64,000 nucleotides of DNA from Candidatus Latescibacterota bacterium (GTDB taxonomy: Bacteria; Latescibacterota; UBA2968; GCA-2709665). The position numbers and the translations under genes were made by a program. This document shows positions 1 through 9,815 of the stretch, piece after piece; the first letter of the stretch is position 1, and each line of letters starts with the position of its first letter. Location of the stretch: NCBI GenBank assembly GCA_965208835.1, contig OZ242358.1:3680001-3744000 (forward strand), given 5' to 3'. A model generated the notes under the pieces. That model worked only from the letters and a program-made list of their open reading frames with translations, ran no database searches and was not told the DNA's origin.

Positions 1-1
1 C

Positions 2-385
2 AACGACGTCCTCACGGACGAGCAACAGACCAGACTCGAGGAAATCAAGGCCAATGCGGCCGCCCGCAGGAAGGACAAGGGCTGGGAGAATTACATCGCC
101 GCACTGACAGATTCGCTGGACCTGAGCGACCAACAGGTCACCGATCTCAATGAATTACACGAAGACTATCAGGCCGACGTGAGAGCCGTGATCGACAATG
201 CTCGGGAATCGGACGACCGTTCGGGTCTCCGGGATAAGCTGCGAGAGCTGAAAGAGGATTTCGACGAGGATTTCAACGCAGTCCTTACGGACGAACAGAA
301 GGAGAAGCTGGACAAAATGAAATCCGGGGGACGGAAGCGATCAGGAAAGGGCCACGGACACGGCCGTAAGGACAGGAGCGGCTAG
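2..385 (+). CDS. Spy/CpxP-like LTxxQ-motif helical periplasmic protein, 5'-truncated by window edge
   Basis: Frame open from base 2: NDVLTDEQQTRLEE...LDLSDQQV...AVLTDEQKEKLDKM with repeated LTxEQ motifs; stop TAG at 383-385. Confidence 0.65.
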   Translation, partial: NDVLTDEQQTRLEEIKANAAARRKDKGWENYIAALTDSLDLSDQQVTDLNELHEDYQADVRAVIDNARESDDRSGLRDKLRELKEDFDEDFNAVLTDEQKEKLDKMKSGGRKRSGKGHGHGRKDRSG

Positions 386-426
386 GATCCCGGAGAGCCC
401 CTTCAAGATCGCTCGGTCGTCTCTCA

Positions 427-462
427 AAAACCCGCCGTCGATCCTCCCCGACGGCGGGTTTT
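427..462. terminator. Bidirectional intrinsic terminator between convergent genes
   Basis: AAAACCCGCCGTCG-loop-CGACGGCGGGTTTT perfect stem with A and T tails. Confidence 0.85.
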
Positions 463-505
463 CCACGACGAAATCCGCAATCGCATGGCAGAAGACTGCC
501 CCCGG

Positions 506-1480
506 CTATCGGGCTTCGAAGAAGAATCGAATCACGTCGTCCTCCTTGAGCATGGCATCGAAGAATTCCTGGTCCTCCTCGTTCAACTCTCCAGACGCCT
601 GCAGCACAATCCGCATATATTGCTCTCTGGTGAACGTCAGTGTCAGTCTGTCGCCGTCCACGTCAACCGAGCCTTCCAGAACCTGTCCGTCTTCCTCAAT
701 GATCGTCAGCGTATTGCCGATAGCAGACCAGGTACCCGTAACGGACCATGTGCCCGTGCTGTCCTGATCTTCAAAGGTGCCATCGGCGTGGAAACGGCGG
801 CCCGGAGACCAAACACTGTCACGCAAGCTCGTCTCCATTTCGCCTGTGAACTCCTTGACGATGGCAGCCGCAACCGTGCTATCAACCAGCCCCTGTTCCA
901 GAATGGCGGCAACCAGATTTCTGCTGATCGTCTCGACCATGTCCGTGCCGACGTATGCCCAGGTACCGACAATATCCAGTGACGAAAGCAAGGTGGAACC
1001 CGTCACGCGTGCCTTCCCGCCAATGGGCAGTTTAACCGCCACTTCGTATCCGCCGTTTATCGGAATGCTCGACCAGGAATCCAATACATCTTCTAACTGC
1101 ACGGCACGCGCCCGATAGTAGCCGTTGACGTTGACTCCATCAATTTCCACACGGGCTTCACCATTGGCGTCCGTCGAGCCCGACCACGCATAATTCGCCA
1201 TTCGTCCTGAAACCGACCGGGAAACCTCCACGGTGACACCGCTCACAGGCATTCCATCCCGCAGTACTGTGGCCACCACAACGGCTGGTCCCGCACTCGC
1301 TCGTACAGCCAATTTGCCTATTGGCTGCCCCGAATTACGTTGTCCGGAATTGATATGAGCTTCTTCTGCCAGCCTGTCGGCTTCGGGTACCATTGAAGTG
1401 GTAACGCGGTCACCACCGCAACTGGACATCGCACCTGCGACCATCGCCAACACAAACGCACTGCGAACTCGACTAAACAT
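506..1480 (-). CDS. Lipoprotein: N-terminal Ig-like module (shared with 8213..9724) plus C-terminal lipocalin-like domain
   Basis: Signal peptide ending AMSSC; DIVGTW...FHADGTF...GTWS..GNTLTI lipocalin-like pattern; start at ATG 1480 preferred (ORF extends to 1519). Confidence 0.7.
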   Translation of the reverse strand: MFSRVRSAFVLAMVAGAMSSCGGDRVTTSMVPEADRLAEEAHINSGQRNSGQPIGKLAVRASAGPAVVVATVLRDGMPVSGVTVEVSRSVSGRMANYAWSGSTDANGEARVEIDGVNVNGYYRARAVQLEDVLDSWSSIPINGGYEVAVKLPIGGKARVTGSTLLSSLDIVGTWAYVGTDMVETISRNLVAAILEQGLVDSTVAAAIVKEFTGEMETSLRDSVWSPGRRFHADGTFEDQDSTGTWSVTGTWSAIGNTLTIIEEDGQVLEGSVDVDGDRLTLTFTREQYMRIVLQASGELNEEDQEFFDAMLKEDDVIRFFFEAR

Positions 1481-1957
1481 CGCGGGCCCCCTTTTTCGAG
1501 TGTCTCCTCCGATGAGCAACGAGATTTACACCTCCAACATCCCCGGACTCTTGCCTTTGGCAAGGCGTCGTTAATTCAATGAAGACCAAAAACAGATCTT
1601 ACGGATCCTGCCACAGTCTAAGACTCTTGAGTCCGCGGATTGTTTCCGACCTGGTCCTGATGGAACGAAATGGATCGCTCCCCGGACTGAACCGTGCAAA
1701 TCGCGGAGACATGTCGGCGTGACACCAGCACCATTTTCGGTCGCCCCTGCAGATTCGCGTTTGGCTTTGCGTTTAACCCCGTTTGCCGCAGACGTGTGGA
1801 CAACCATTGTCTTAAGGCTCCTCCGCCAAACCGCCGGGGCGGGTTCGGACTCTAGAGGCACTGCAGGCGACAATCCTGTCCAACCGTGTGATTGCCTCGT
1901 AAAATGCTCGAGCGTTCATCCTCCGACGCCGATGCGCGGGAATCCTGAACAAAACAC

Positions 1958-1986
1958 TTGACATATCGAGCGAATCCTGTTATCTA
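1958..1986 (+). promoter_or_regulatory. Sigma70-type promoter upstream of STAS gene
   Basis: TTGACA-17 bp-TATCTA with TG extended -10; RBS AAGGAG before ATG 2069. Confidence 0.6.
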
Positions 1987-2068
1987 ATCGTTTCGTTGCA
2001 CATCCGTCAATGAAATCTAATACATAGTATCCGAGAGGTCGGTTCACAATAAAAAAGGAGATCGGTCG

Positions 2069-2413
2069 ATGGAGGTTAACACCGAACGGGACAACGGCAC
2101 CTTAATCGCGAAGGCTGAGGGTCGCGTCGACGGGTCCAATGCCCGTGAGTTCGAGGAAGCGCTCGATTCCGCAATCACACAGCACGAAGACGGTCAAGCG
2201 GTGATCGTGGATTTTGAAGGCCTTTCCTATATAAGCAGTGCGGGTCTCCGGGTCATCCTGCTGACCGCGAGGACGCTTCGAAAACAGGACAAGGAATTCG
2301 TCGTCTGCTCGCTCTCTGATCCGATCAGGGAGGTCTTTGAGATCAGCGGATTCGACAAAATCATACCGGTTTACGCCACCAGATCGGAAGCGCTGGCAGC
2401 AGTCGGAGGATAG
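2069..2413 (+). CDS. STAS-domain anti-sigma factor antagonist (RsbV/SpoIIAA-like)
   Basis: GRVD...VIVDFEGLSYISSAGLRVIL...VFEISGFDKII, including the phosphorylatable Ser motif. Confidence 0.93.
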   Translation: MEVNTERDNGTLIAKAEGRVDGSNAREFEEALDSAITQHEDGQAVIVDFEGLSYISSAGLRVILLTARTLRKQDKEFVVCSLSDPIREVFEISGFDKIIPVYATRSEALAAVGG

Positions 2414-2616
2414 TATCGGGTTGGCCCGGGACTGCTTCGCGCAGGCAAATGCTGTTCGCTGCGGGAGCATCACGGTTGGAAATGACACCGTAGCCATACC
2501 GGGTGCGCCGGACGGTTTTCATGTCGTCGTCAAATGGAATGGACGGCGTTGCGTCCGGTAGTATTCCGGTTTAGGACGGTCCCGCCTGAACCTCCCGAGA
2601 TACTGAAAGGCCGACC

Positions 2617-3021
2617 ATGATCGAAGACCTGCTGCCGATCGGGTTGCTGATTGTTGTAGCCAAGCTTCTCGAATGCCCCCTCGACCGGATTGGCTTGAGT
2701 TCGATTGTCGCCTACACGGCGGCCGGGATTCTCCTCGTTCCCGTCGCTGGAATCGTTGAGCCGACGAGCAAGCTTCAGATTTTTCCGGTTATCGGCGTCT
2801 TCATCCTCTTATTTCTTGCCGGCCTCGACGAGATAGACATCCCCGGTTTTGTGGCAACCGTCCGGGGGCGTTTTTTTTTTGTCACCATCCTGGGGGCAGT
2901 TACGGGAATCGTGCCGCCGGCGTGGCTGACGTCCGTCCCGTCGAATTCAATTATTCACAGGCATTCCCGGCAGACCACAGACCCGCATCCTGCCGGACTC
3001 TTGAACGGAGCAGCATCCTGA
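2617..3021 (+). pseudogene. Truncated cation:proton antiporter (CPA2/Na+/H+ exchanger N-terminus)
   Basis: LLIVVAKLL..RIGLSSIVAY..AGILL..IGVFILLFLAGLDE is a typical CPA N-terminus, but only ~95 aa look homologous before degenerating after a T10 tract (2871-2880). Confidence 0.65.
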
Positions 3022-3064
3022 TTCAATAATTCGACGCACCATCCTATCCCGGGGTATTTACGAA

Positions 3065-4234
3065 ATGTCTGCGCTCCCGTACAAAATCCTGGTAGTGGAC
3101 GACGAGCCCGACCTGGAACCGCTCATGCTGCAGCGCATGCGGCGTCCGATTCGGAGAGGCCGCTACACCTTCGTGTTTGCACGTAACGGTATAGAGGCTC
3201 TCGAGCGTTTGCACAACGACGACACAATCGATATGGTGCTGTCCGACATCAATATGCCCCAGATGGACGGTCTGACCCTGCTGGATCAGATACCCAAGGT
3301 GGACCCGAACATCCGTTCCGTGATTATATCGGCGTATGGAGACATGAAAAACATCCGGATCGCGATGAATCGGGGTGCGTTCGACTTCGTCACCAAGCCC
3401 ATTGACTTCTCCGACCTTCAGGTGACCATCGATCGAACCATGCGCCATCTGATCGAATGGCGTGAAGCGCTGGAGTCGCGCGACAAGCTGATCGCCCTGC
3501 AGAACGAACTGGACGTGGCCAGCAAGATGCAGCAGTCGATTCTGCCCACGAGGTTCCCTGAGAATCCGTCCTATCAGGCATACGGCAGCATGGAACCCGC
3601 CCGCAACGTCGGCGGCGACTTCTTCGACATCATCCGGCTGGACGGCGGACGCATAGGAATCGCTATCGCTGACGTGTCAGACAAGGGCGTCCCCGCGGCC
3701 CTTTTCATGATGTCAAGCCGGACGGTCCTGCGGGGTGCGGCAATCGGGACGACGAGCCCCGGCGAAGTGCTGTACGAAATGAACAATGCACTTTACGAAA
3801 ACAACGAAGCAGCGATGTTCGTAACCGTCTTTTACGCGGTCTTCGACCCCGCCAACCGTCAGTTCGTTTACGCCAATGGCGGACACAACACGCCGCTCAT
3901 CGTAAACGCGGCCGGGCAGGCCGAACCGCTACCGCTGACCGGCGGTGTCGCCCTTGCGATGTTGCCGGACATCGAATACAGGTACAATTCGGTCACGCTT
4001 GCCCCGGGTGATACGGTCGTTCTCTATACGGACGGTGTTACTGAAGCCATAAACGACGTCGAGGAAGAGTTCGGAATGGATCGCCTGCAAAACGTCTTCA
4101 CCGGTGCACCTCCTCGGGACGCCCGTGAAGCCAACGACGCAATATTTGGCGCTGTGAGAGGATTTGTAGGCGAAACTCCCCAATTCGACGACATTACCTG
4201 CGTTACGTTACGAAACAGAGGGCCGGAAGCGTGA
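3065..4234 (+). CDS. Response regulator receiver + PP2C/SpoIIE phosphatase (RsbU/RsbY-like)
   Basis: ILVVDDE..LSDINMPQMDG..FVTKP receiver; VGGDFFD, IADVSDKG, YTDGVTE, DDIT PP2C motifs. Confidence 0.93.
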   Translation: MSALPYKILVVDDEPDLEPLMLQRMRRPIRRGRYTFVFARNGIEALERLHNDDTIDMVLSDINMPQMDGLTLLDQIPKVDPNIRSVIISAYGDMKNIRIAMNRGAFDFVTKPIDFSDLQVTIDRTMRHLIEWREALESRDKLIALQNELDVASKMQQSILPTRFPENPSYQAYGSMEPARNVGGDFFDIIRLDGGRIGIAIADVSDKGVPAALFMMSSRTVLRGAAIGTTSPGEVLYEMNNALYENNEAAMFVTVFYAVFDPANRQFVYANGGHNTPLIVNAAGQAEPLPLTGGVALAMLPDIEYRYNSVTLAPGDTVVLYTDGVTEAINDVEEEFGMDRLQNVFTGAPPRDAREANDAIFGAVRGFVGETPQFDDITCVTLRNRGPEA

Positions 4235-4650
4235 GCGCGAGACAATCCTTTCGCATAAAGGCCGATCTCGATGAACTGCGGCAGGTCGCAGCAGCAGCCG
4301 AAGAGCTGGGGCTGCAGGAAGAGTGGTCGCCCGCGCTGATTCATCAGATCGACCTTGCTATAGAAGAACTCGGCAATAACGTCGTCCGGCATGGTTTCGA
4401 AGGCGGTCCCGGAGAACTCGAGATTACATTGACCTCTGACGACGCTTTGATCACGCTCGAAATCGTCGACGACGGCCGTCCGTTCAATCCCCTGGAGGAC
4501 GCGCCCATACCCGACGTGGAAGCGGCGCTCGAAGACCGGCCCATCGGCGGCCTCGGCATTCACCTTGTCCAGACCATGATGGACGAGATGCACTACAAGC
4601 GGAAGAACGGGCGGAACCACCTCACGCTGGTGAAGCGGAGGACCGAATGA
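4231..4650 (+). CDS. Anti-sigma factor Ser/Thr kinase (RsbW-like, HATPase_c)
   Basis: LAIEELGNNVVRHG, DDGRPFNP, GGLGIHLV..MDE; GTGA overlap with upstream gene. Confidence 0.9.
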   Translation: MSARQSFRIKADLDELRQVAAAAEELGLQEEWSPALIHQIDLAIEELGNNVVRHGFEGGPGELEITLTSDDALITLEIVDDGRPFNPLEDAPIPDVEAALEDRPIGGLGIHLVQTMMDEMHYKRKNGRNHLTLVKRRTE

Positions 4651-5828
4651 GATCGAACTCTCTCCGGGGGATGTCGCTGCTCGTCGTGTGGGCGGTGCTT
4701 TCGAGCGGCGCGGAAGCCGGCGAGTTCGAAAACGGCGTCTCCGACGAGCACATTCTCTTCGGCCAGTCCGCCGCCTTCAGCGGCCCCGCCGCGCAACTCG
4801 GTACGGACATGAAGCGCGGCATCGAAGCCGCGTTCCATGAGATCAACAAGCGCGGTGGTGTCCACGGGCGCCGGTTGGAGCTTGTTTCCCGTGATGACGC
4901 GTACGAGCCGGAGGCCGCCATTGCAAACACCCTCTATCTCATCAATGAGGCGAAGGTTTTCGCACTCATCGGCGCTGTAGGAACACCCACCTCACGTTCA
5001 GCCACACCTGTCGCCGCGGAAGCCGATATTCCGTATATCGCCCCATTCACTGGCGCGGCATTCCTGCGCGACCCTGATTGGAACAACGTGATAAACCTGA
5101 GGGCGTCGTACAACCAGGAAACGGAGGAAATGGTCGCGCGCCTGACCCGTGATCTCGATATCAAGCGAATCGCAGTATTGTACCAGGACGATTCCTTCGG
5201 CCGAGCCGGGTACCATGGCGCACGCCGGGCACTCGAACGGCGCGGAATGGAGGCCGTGGCTGTAGGTTTGTATCCGCGCAATACCACGGCGGTAAAAACG
5301 GCACTGCTCGACCTGCGCATGGCAAACCCTGAAGCGGTGATCCTGGTCGGCGCGTATGAACCGGTCGCGACTTTTATCGCGTGGGCGAGGCACATCGGTA
5401 TGGACCCCGTTTTCATTACGATCTCTTTCGTGGGCAGCAATGCTCTCGCAAAGCAGTTGGGGCCGGCCGGAGCGGGCGTCTATGTCACACAGGTCGTACC
5501 GTTTCCAGCCGACGACTACTTCCGCGTGGCATCTACCTACCGCCGTGCACTGTCGTCATTCGATCCTGAGGCCGTTCCCGGGTTCGTTTCATTCGAAGGG
5601 TACCTGGCCGGCCGCCTCGCCGCAGCGGGCCTCCAACGCTGCGGCGCCGACGTCAATCGGGCTTCCTTTCTCAACAGCCTCCGCAGCACACGAGTCGTCG
5701 ATATCGACGGATTTGAACTGCAATACGGCAGCAAGGACAATCAGGGGTCGGATGCCGTGTTCCTGACGATGATCGGTCGTGACGGCCGGTATTATCCGAT
5801 CGATACGCTCGAGGAAGCGGAGCCGTGA
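4647..5828 (+). CDS. Periplasmic binding protein type I (LivJ/branched-chain amino acid family), no cognate permease in window
   Basis: Signal peptide; GQSAAFSGPAAQLG, GGVHGRRLELVSRDDAYEP, GAVGTPT; ATGA overlap with upstream gene. Confidence 0.9.
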   Translation: MRSNSLRGMSLLVVWAVLSSGAEAGEFENGVSDEHILFGQSAAFSGPAAQLGTDMKRGIEAAFHEINKRGGVHGRRLELVSRDDAYEPEAAIANTLYLINEAKVFALIGAVGTPTSRSATPVAAEADIPYIAPFTGAAFLRDPDWNNVINLRASYNQETEEMVARLTRDLDIKRIAVLYQDDSFGRAGYHGARRALERRGMEAVAVGLYPRNTTAVKTALLDLRMANPEAVILVGAYEPVATFIAWARHIGMDPVFITISFVGSNALAKQLGPAGAGVYVTQVVPFPADDYFRVASTYRRALSSFDPEAVPGFVSFEGYLAGRLAAAGLQRCGADVNRASFLNSLRSTRVVDIDGFELQYGSKDNQGSDAVFLTMIGRDGRYYPIDTLEEAEP

Positions 5829-8023
5829 TTGGCACACTGAAACAGCTTCTCAAAGGCCGCTTCCGCATCGCCACGCAGCTCTATCTGGGAATAGGAGGCG
5901 CGGTTGCCATCACCATGGTCGCCAGTCTGGTCGGGTGGCTCTCGTTCGATCTCGTAGGCGACATTCAGAACCGTGTGAACGAGGGCAGCGTTCCGGAAAT
6001 GGCCGCTGCCTTTGGGGTCGCCCAGCAAAGCGGAACCCTGGTCGCAGCAGCGCCCCGTTTGACGTCAGCGGCGACGGTGGATGATTTCGACCGCGTAAAG
6101 GCGGATATCGCTGACGAGCGCAGGGCCTTCGAATCACAGTTGGCGGCCCTGATGCAAAGGGACACCAGGAAGGAAGACGAGGAGCGTTTCGGCAGAATAC
6201 ACGAATACGCCGCAGCACTCACGTCAAACATCGAAGCGATTGAGCATGAGGTTGCCGAGTTGTTCGAGCTAAACGCGCGCAGCGAAGCATTTCGCATGGA
6301 ACTGTCCGATCTGCGTGCCAAATTGTTCGGCATGCTGATTCCGGCTATTGACGATCAACTCTTCTACGCGATGACCGGCTATCGTACGATAGGCCAGCCG
6401 CCCGCGCCTCGCGAGCGGCATTTTTCAAACGAAGAATTCGATCGGTACCGCCACCTGGCCGACTTGAAAGCCGATGCCACCATTGCGACGCAACTCCTGT
6501 CTAGTTCATTCAACCTGTCCGACGCACTCCTGCTGGAGCCGCTGCGGGAGCGCTTCGAGGCGGCGGCAGGGCGCATCGAACGCAGCTTGTCGGCACTCGG
6601 CACTTCACCGTGGAGCGATCGGATCGCCCCGCACCTGAATCGGCTCTTCGATCTGGGCGTGGGGAAGCAGGGCGGTTTCGATCTGATCGTTAGAGAGTTC
6701 GAACTCACTGACCGGCAGCGAAACCTTCTCCAGGACAACCTGAGACTCGAAATCAAACTCGGTGCGGAAGTAGAGGGGCTCGTCGGCGCCGCCCGCGAAC
6801 GCACGCGAGAGGCCACGCTGGCATCCACACAGGCAATTGGAACCGGCCGCAGCGTTTTACTGGGACTGAATGTGGTCAGCATCAGTGGAGCCGTGTTGAT
6901 CGCGTGGCTGTTTGTAGGCCGGGTGTTGTTGCGCCGGCTCGAACGTTTGTCGGACAGGATGCGGGCCATGGCCGATGGGGACCTGGAAGCCAAGGTCGAT
7001 ATCAGCGGGCACGATGAAGTTGCCGATATGGCGGCGGCACTGGAAGTATTCCGACGGCATGCCCTCGAGGTCCAACGCCTGAACCTCGTCGAAAAGCTGG
7101 CCGAGGAGCTACGCGAGAAAAACGATCAGCTGGAAGCCGTGCTGGAGGACCTGCGAAAGGCGCAGGACCAGATCGTGATGCGCGAAAAACTGGCTGCGCT
7201 CGGCGAACTGACCGCCGGGGTCGCTCACGAAATCAAGAACCCGCTGAATTTCGTCAAGAACTTCTCCGAGGTCTCCCAGGAACTTCTGGAGGAACTTGGG
7301 GAAGAACTCGAGGACACGCTCAGCGAAGAAGGCGGTGAACTTGACGAAGAACAGCGCGAGCTCGTCCAGGAAATCTGCCAGGACCTCAACGACAACCTCG
7401 CACGCATCAGGGAACACGGCGAGCGCGCCAACCGGATTGTCCAGGATATGCTGTCAATGGGCCGGGGTTCCGCCCAGCGACAGGCCACAAACATCAACAA
7501 TCTGCTCGACGAACACGCCAGACTCGCGTACCACAGCGCGAGGGCGAGCGACACGGAATTTCAACTCGACATCCAACAGGATCTGGATCCGTCAGTGGGC
7601 GAAGTCGAAGTGGTTCCGCAGGATCTGGGCCGCGTGTTTCTGAACATGGTAACCAATGGCTGCCACGCGACCGACGAGAGACGACGTGAGAATGCAGAAT
7701 CGGACAACGTAGAGCCGTACATGCCTACGCTCTGGCTAAAGACCCGCCGCGGCCCGGAACACCTCGAAGTACGCATAAGGGATAACGGTAAAGGGATTCC
7801 ACCCGACGTCGTCGATAAAATTTTCAATCCGTTTTTCACGACCAAGCCAACCGACCAGGGCACGGGGCTGGGTCTCGCCCTTTCGAACGATATTGTTCGC
7901 GAGCACGGAGGAAGCATTCGTGTCGAAACCGAGCCCGGTGAGTTTACCGAAATGATTGTCGAAATACCGCTTGAAGCGCCCGCATTGGTAGCAGAGCCGA
8001 CGACCGAAGAGGAAGCAAGCTGA
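5825..8023 (+). CDS. Membrane histidine kinase with TorS-like periplasmic sensor, HAMP, HisKA and HATPase_c domains
   Basis: Two TM helices; HAMP (DEVADMA); AHEIKNPLN H-box; DNGKGI, FFTTK, GTGLGL; N-terminus resembles my recollection of E. coli TorS (SLVGW...VPEM...LTSA). Confidence 0.9.
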   Translation: MIGTLKQLLKGRFRIATQLYLGIGGAVAITMVASLVGWLSFDLVGDIQNRVNEGSVPEMAAAFGVAQQSGTLVAAAPRLTSAATVDDFDRVKADIADERRAFESQLAALMQRDTRKEDEERFGRIHEYAAALTSNIEAIEHEVAELFELNARSEAFRMELSDLRAKLFGMLIPAIDDQLFYAMTGYRTIGQPPAPRERHFSNEEFDRYRHLADLKADATIATQLLSSSFNLSDALLLEPLRERFEAAAGRIERSLSALGTSPWSDRIAPHLNRLFDLGVGKQGGFDLIVREFELTDRQRNLLQDNLRLEIKLGAEVEGLVGAARERTREATLASTQAIGTGRSVLLGLNVVSISGAVLIAWLFVGRVLLRRLERLSDRMRAMADGDLEAKVDISGHDEVADMAAALEVFRRHALEVQRLNLVEKLAEELREKNDQLEAVLEDLRKAQDQIVMREKLAALGELTAGVAHEIKNPLNFVKNFSEVSQELLEELGEELEDTLSEEGGELDEEQRELVQEICQDLNDNLARIREHGERANRIVQDMLSMGRGSAQRQATNINNLLDEHARLAYHSARASDTEFQLDIQQDLDPSVGEVEVVPQDLGRVFLNMVTNGCHATDERRRENAESDNVEPYMPTLWLKTRRGPEHLEVRIRDNGKGIPPDVVDKIFNPFFTTKPTDQGTGLGLALSNDIVREHGGSIRVETEPGEFTEMIVEIPLEAPALVAEPTTEEEAS

Positions 8024-8212
8024 AGTCATTACAGGGAGCCGGTCTGACCCCGGCAAAGGACCCTTGAGAGCGCCGGAGCCGATCGACGCGAGGAGGATCC
8101 TCGCTCTTCATCACGGTGCTCCGCCGTGCAGGGATTCGCGGGCAGACATGGCGGATTGATCCGCTTTTCGATGTTGAACGCCTCTTCAAAGTGGAGACGA
8201 GGCCTGGCCGAA

Positions 8213-9724
8213 ATGCCGTTCAGTTTTCGCAATGTATTCCTGGTGGCGTACGCCGCGGGTCTGATTTTGGGCTGCGGCGGAGAGCGTACGCTTGCACCTG
8301 GGTTATCCGACAATGAGGAAGCGTCGGGTCAGCCGCTGGGCAAACTCGTCGTCGATGACAACTCGGGTCGGGCAGTTGTGGTGGCAACCGTGCTTGGTAA
8401 CGACGCGCCACTGGGCGGTGTCGCCGTCGCGTTCGCTCGTTCGATCTCCGGACTGGCGCCGGATTTCACGTGGACCGACACGACAGATGCGAATGGTCGG
8501 GCGCGCGTGGATATCGCCGGTGCAGGGGGCTACTATCAGGTACGGGCTACGCGTGGCGGCCGCCATCTGGGTTCGTGGTCGAGTATTCCAGTCAACGGCG
8601 GGCAAAGAGTAACGGTCGACCTGCCGGTCGGAGGGACGGCGAGGGTGACCGACGCGTCCATTCTCGCGTCGGGGCGTCTTCCGGCGGAGATTCGGGTTGG
8701 TGTCGTCCTGCCCGAGACGGGTGACGGCAAGTCCGTCGGTCACTTCGTAAGAAATGGAATGGAATTGGCGCGAGAAGAGGTCAACCTGTATGAACTCGGC
8801 TCGTCGACACTTCAATTCATCGCAGAAGACAGTGAGAGCATGCCGGAGGTCGCGGCAGCGGCCTTCGAAAAGCTGATTCACGATGACGAAGTTTCGGTAA
8901 TTCTGGGCCCCGGTTACTCTTCCTCAGCGGCCGTGGCATTTCCGATTGCCCAGCAGAACAGCGTTGTGGCGTTCAGCCCGACCGCGGCAGCCGCCGGATT
9001 GGGCGCGATCGGCGACTTTGTGTTCAGGGTTCCAGCGCCTGTAAGTCGGATCGCACAAAGCACACTCGAAGTTGCAAAGGCGAAACTGCAGTTGAATCGG
9101 GTTGCCGTCATATACGACAGCACAGACGTATTCTCAACGAGTGGTTTCGAAGAAACCGGGAAGGCACTCAGTGCCTTGGGCGTAGAGACGCTTACGGCCG
9201 AGGCGTTCGCAACCGGACAAACCGATTTTTCCGCCGAACTGAGCCGGATAAACAACCTGAAACCGGATGTCATCCTTGTCTGGACCCGGCCGCTGCAAAG
9301 GGTCGTGATTCCCGTTCAGGGCCGCGAGCTTGGAATACCTTACGAGATTCCATTCCTCGTTTTCGGTTTTGCTTCAAGCCAGATCGAACAGGCAGGCCCT
9401 GCGGCGGAGGGATTGATTACAGGGACGTTCTGGTCTCGTTCAATCGACACGCCGGCGAATCGTGCATTTATCGAGAATTACCGCGCCAGATTCGGTGGCG
9501 AACCCGATCTGTTCGCGGCGGAAGGATATGTGTGCGTGCGGATTCTTGCGGCCGCAATTATAAGGGCCGGTTCAACGAATTCCGAGTTGGTCAGGGACGC
9601 GCTGGCCACCATCGAGATGCCGACCGTTGTCGGACAGTTCGCGTTCGATGCGAATGGCGACCCGACTTATCCGGCGGTTCTGCAGGTGGTCAGGAACGGC
9701 AAATTCGAGACTCTGGAGAACTGA
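8213..9724 (+). CDS. Lipoprotein: N-terminal Ig-like module + LivJ-family substrate-binding domain
   Basis: Lipobox LILGC; IRVGVVLPETG, ILGPGYSS, GDFVFRV, TVVGQFAFDANGD; start ATG 8213 preferred. Confidence 0.85.
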   Translation: MPFSFRNVFLVAYAAGLILGCGGERTLAPGLSDNEEASGQPLGKLVVDDNSGRAVVVATVLGNDAPLGGVAVAFARSISGLAPDFTWTDTTDANGRARVDIAGAGGYYQVRATRGGRHLGSWSSIPVNGGQRVTVDLPVGGTARVTDASILASGRLPAEIRVGVVLPETGDGKSVGHFVRNGMELAREEVNLYELGSSTLQFIAEDSESMPEVAAAAFEKLIHDDEVSVILGPGYSSSAAVAFPIAQQNSVVAFSPTAAAAGLGAIGDFVFRVPAPVSRIAQSTLEVAKAKLQLNRVAVIYDSTDVFSTSGFEETGKALSALGVETLTAEAFATGQTDFSAELSRINNLKPDVILVWTRPLQRVVIPVQGRELGIPYEIPFLVFGFASSQIEQAGPAAEGLITGTFWSRSIDTPANRAFIENYRARFGGEPDLFAAEGYVCVRILAAAIIRAGSTNSELVRDALATIEMPTVVGQFAFDANGDPTYPAVLQVVRNGKFETLEN

Positions 9725-9735
9725 TAGCCCCCGTA

Positions 9736-9752
9736 CCGGCATCACTATTGCG
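9736..9752 (+). promoter_or_regulatory. Candidate sigma54 (-24/-12) promoter of the ATP-grasp/Amt operon
   Basis: CCGGCATCACTATTGCG has GG-N10-GC spacing and resembles TGGCAC-N5-TTGC; it could instead be one arm of a hairpin. Confidence 0.4.
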
Positions 9753-9815
9753 CAACGCGATTACTTGCGGTGCCGGCAACTCTAACCCGCGACTGCAATC
9801 GTTCAGACGGCTGCT

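Noticed and set aside
8150-8168. Small hairpin plus T4 after the histidine kinase
   Set aside because: Short stem with a minimal loop; too weak to call a terminator confidently
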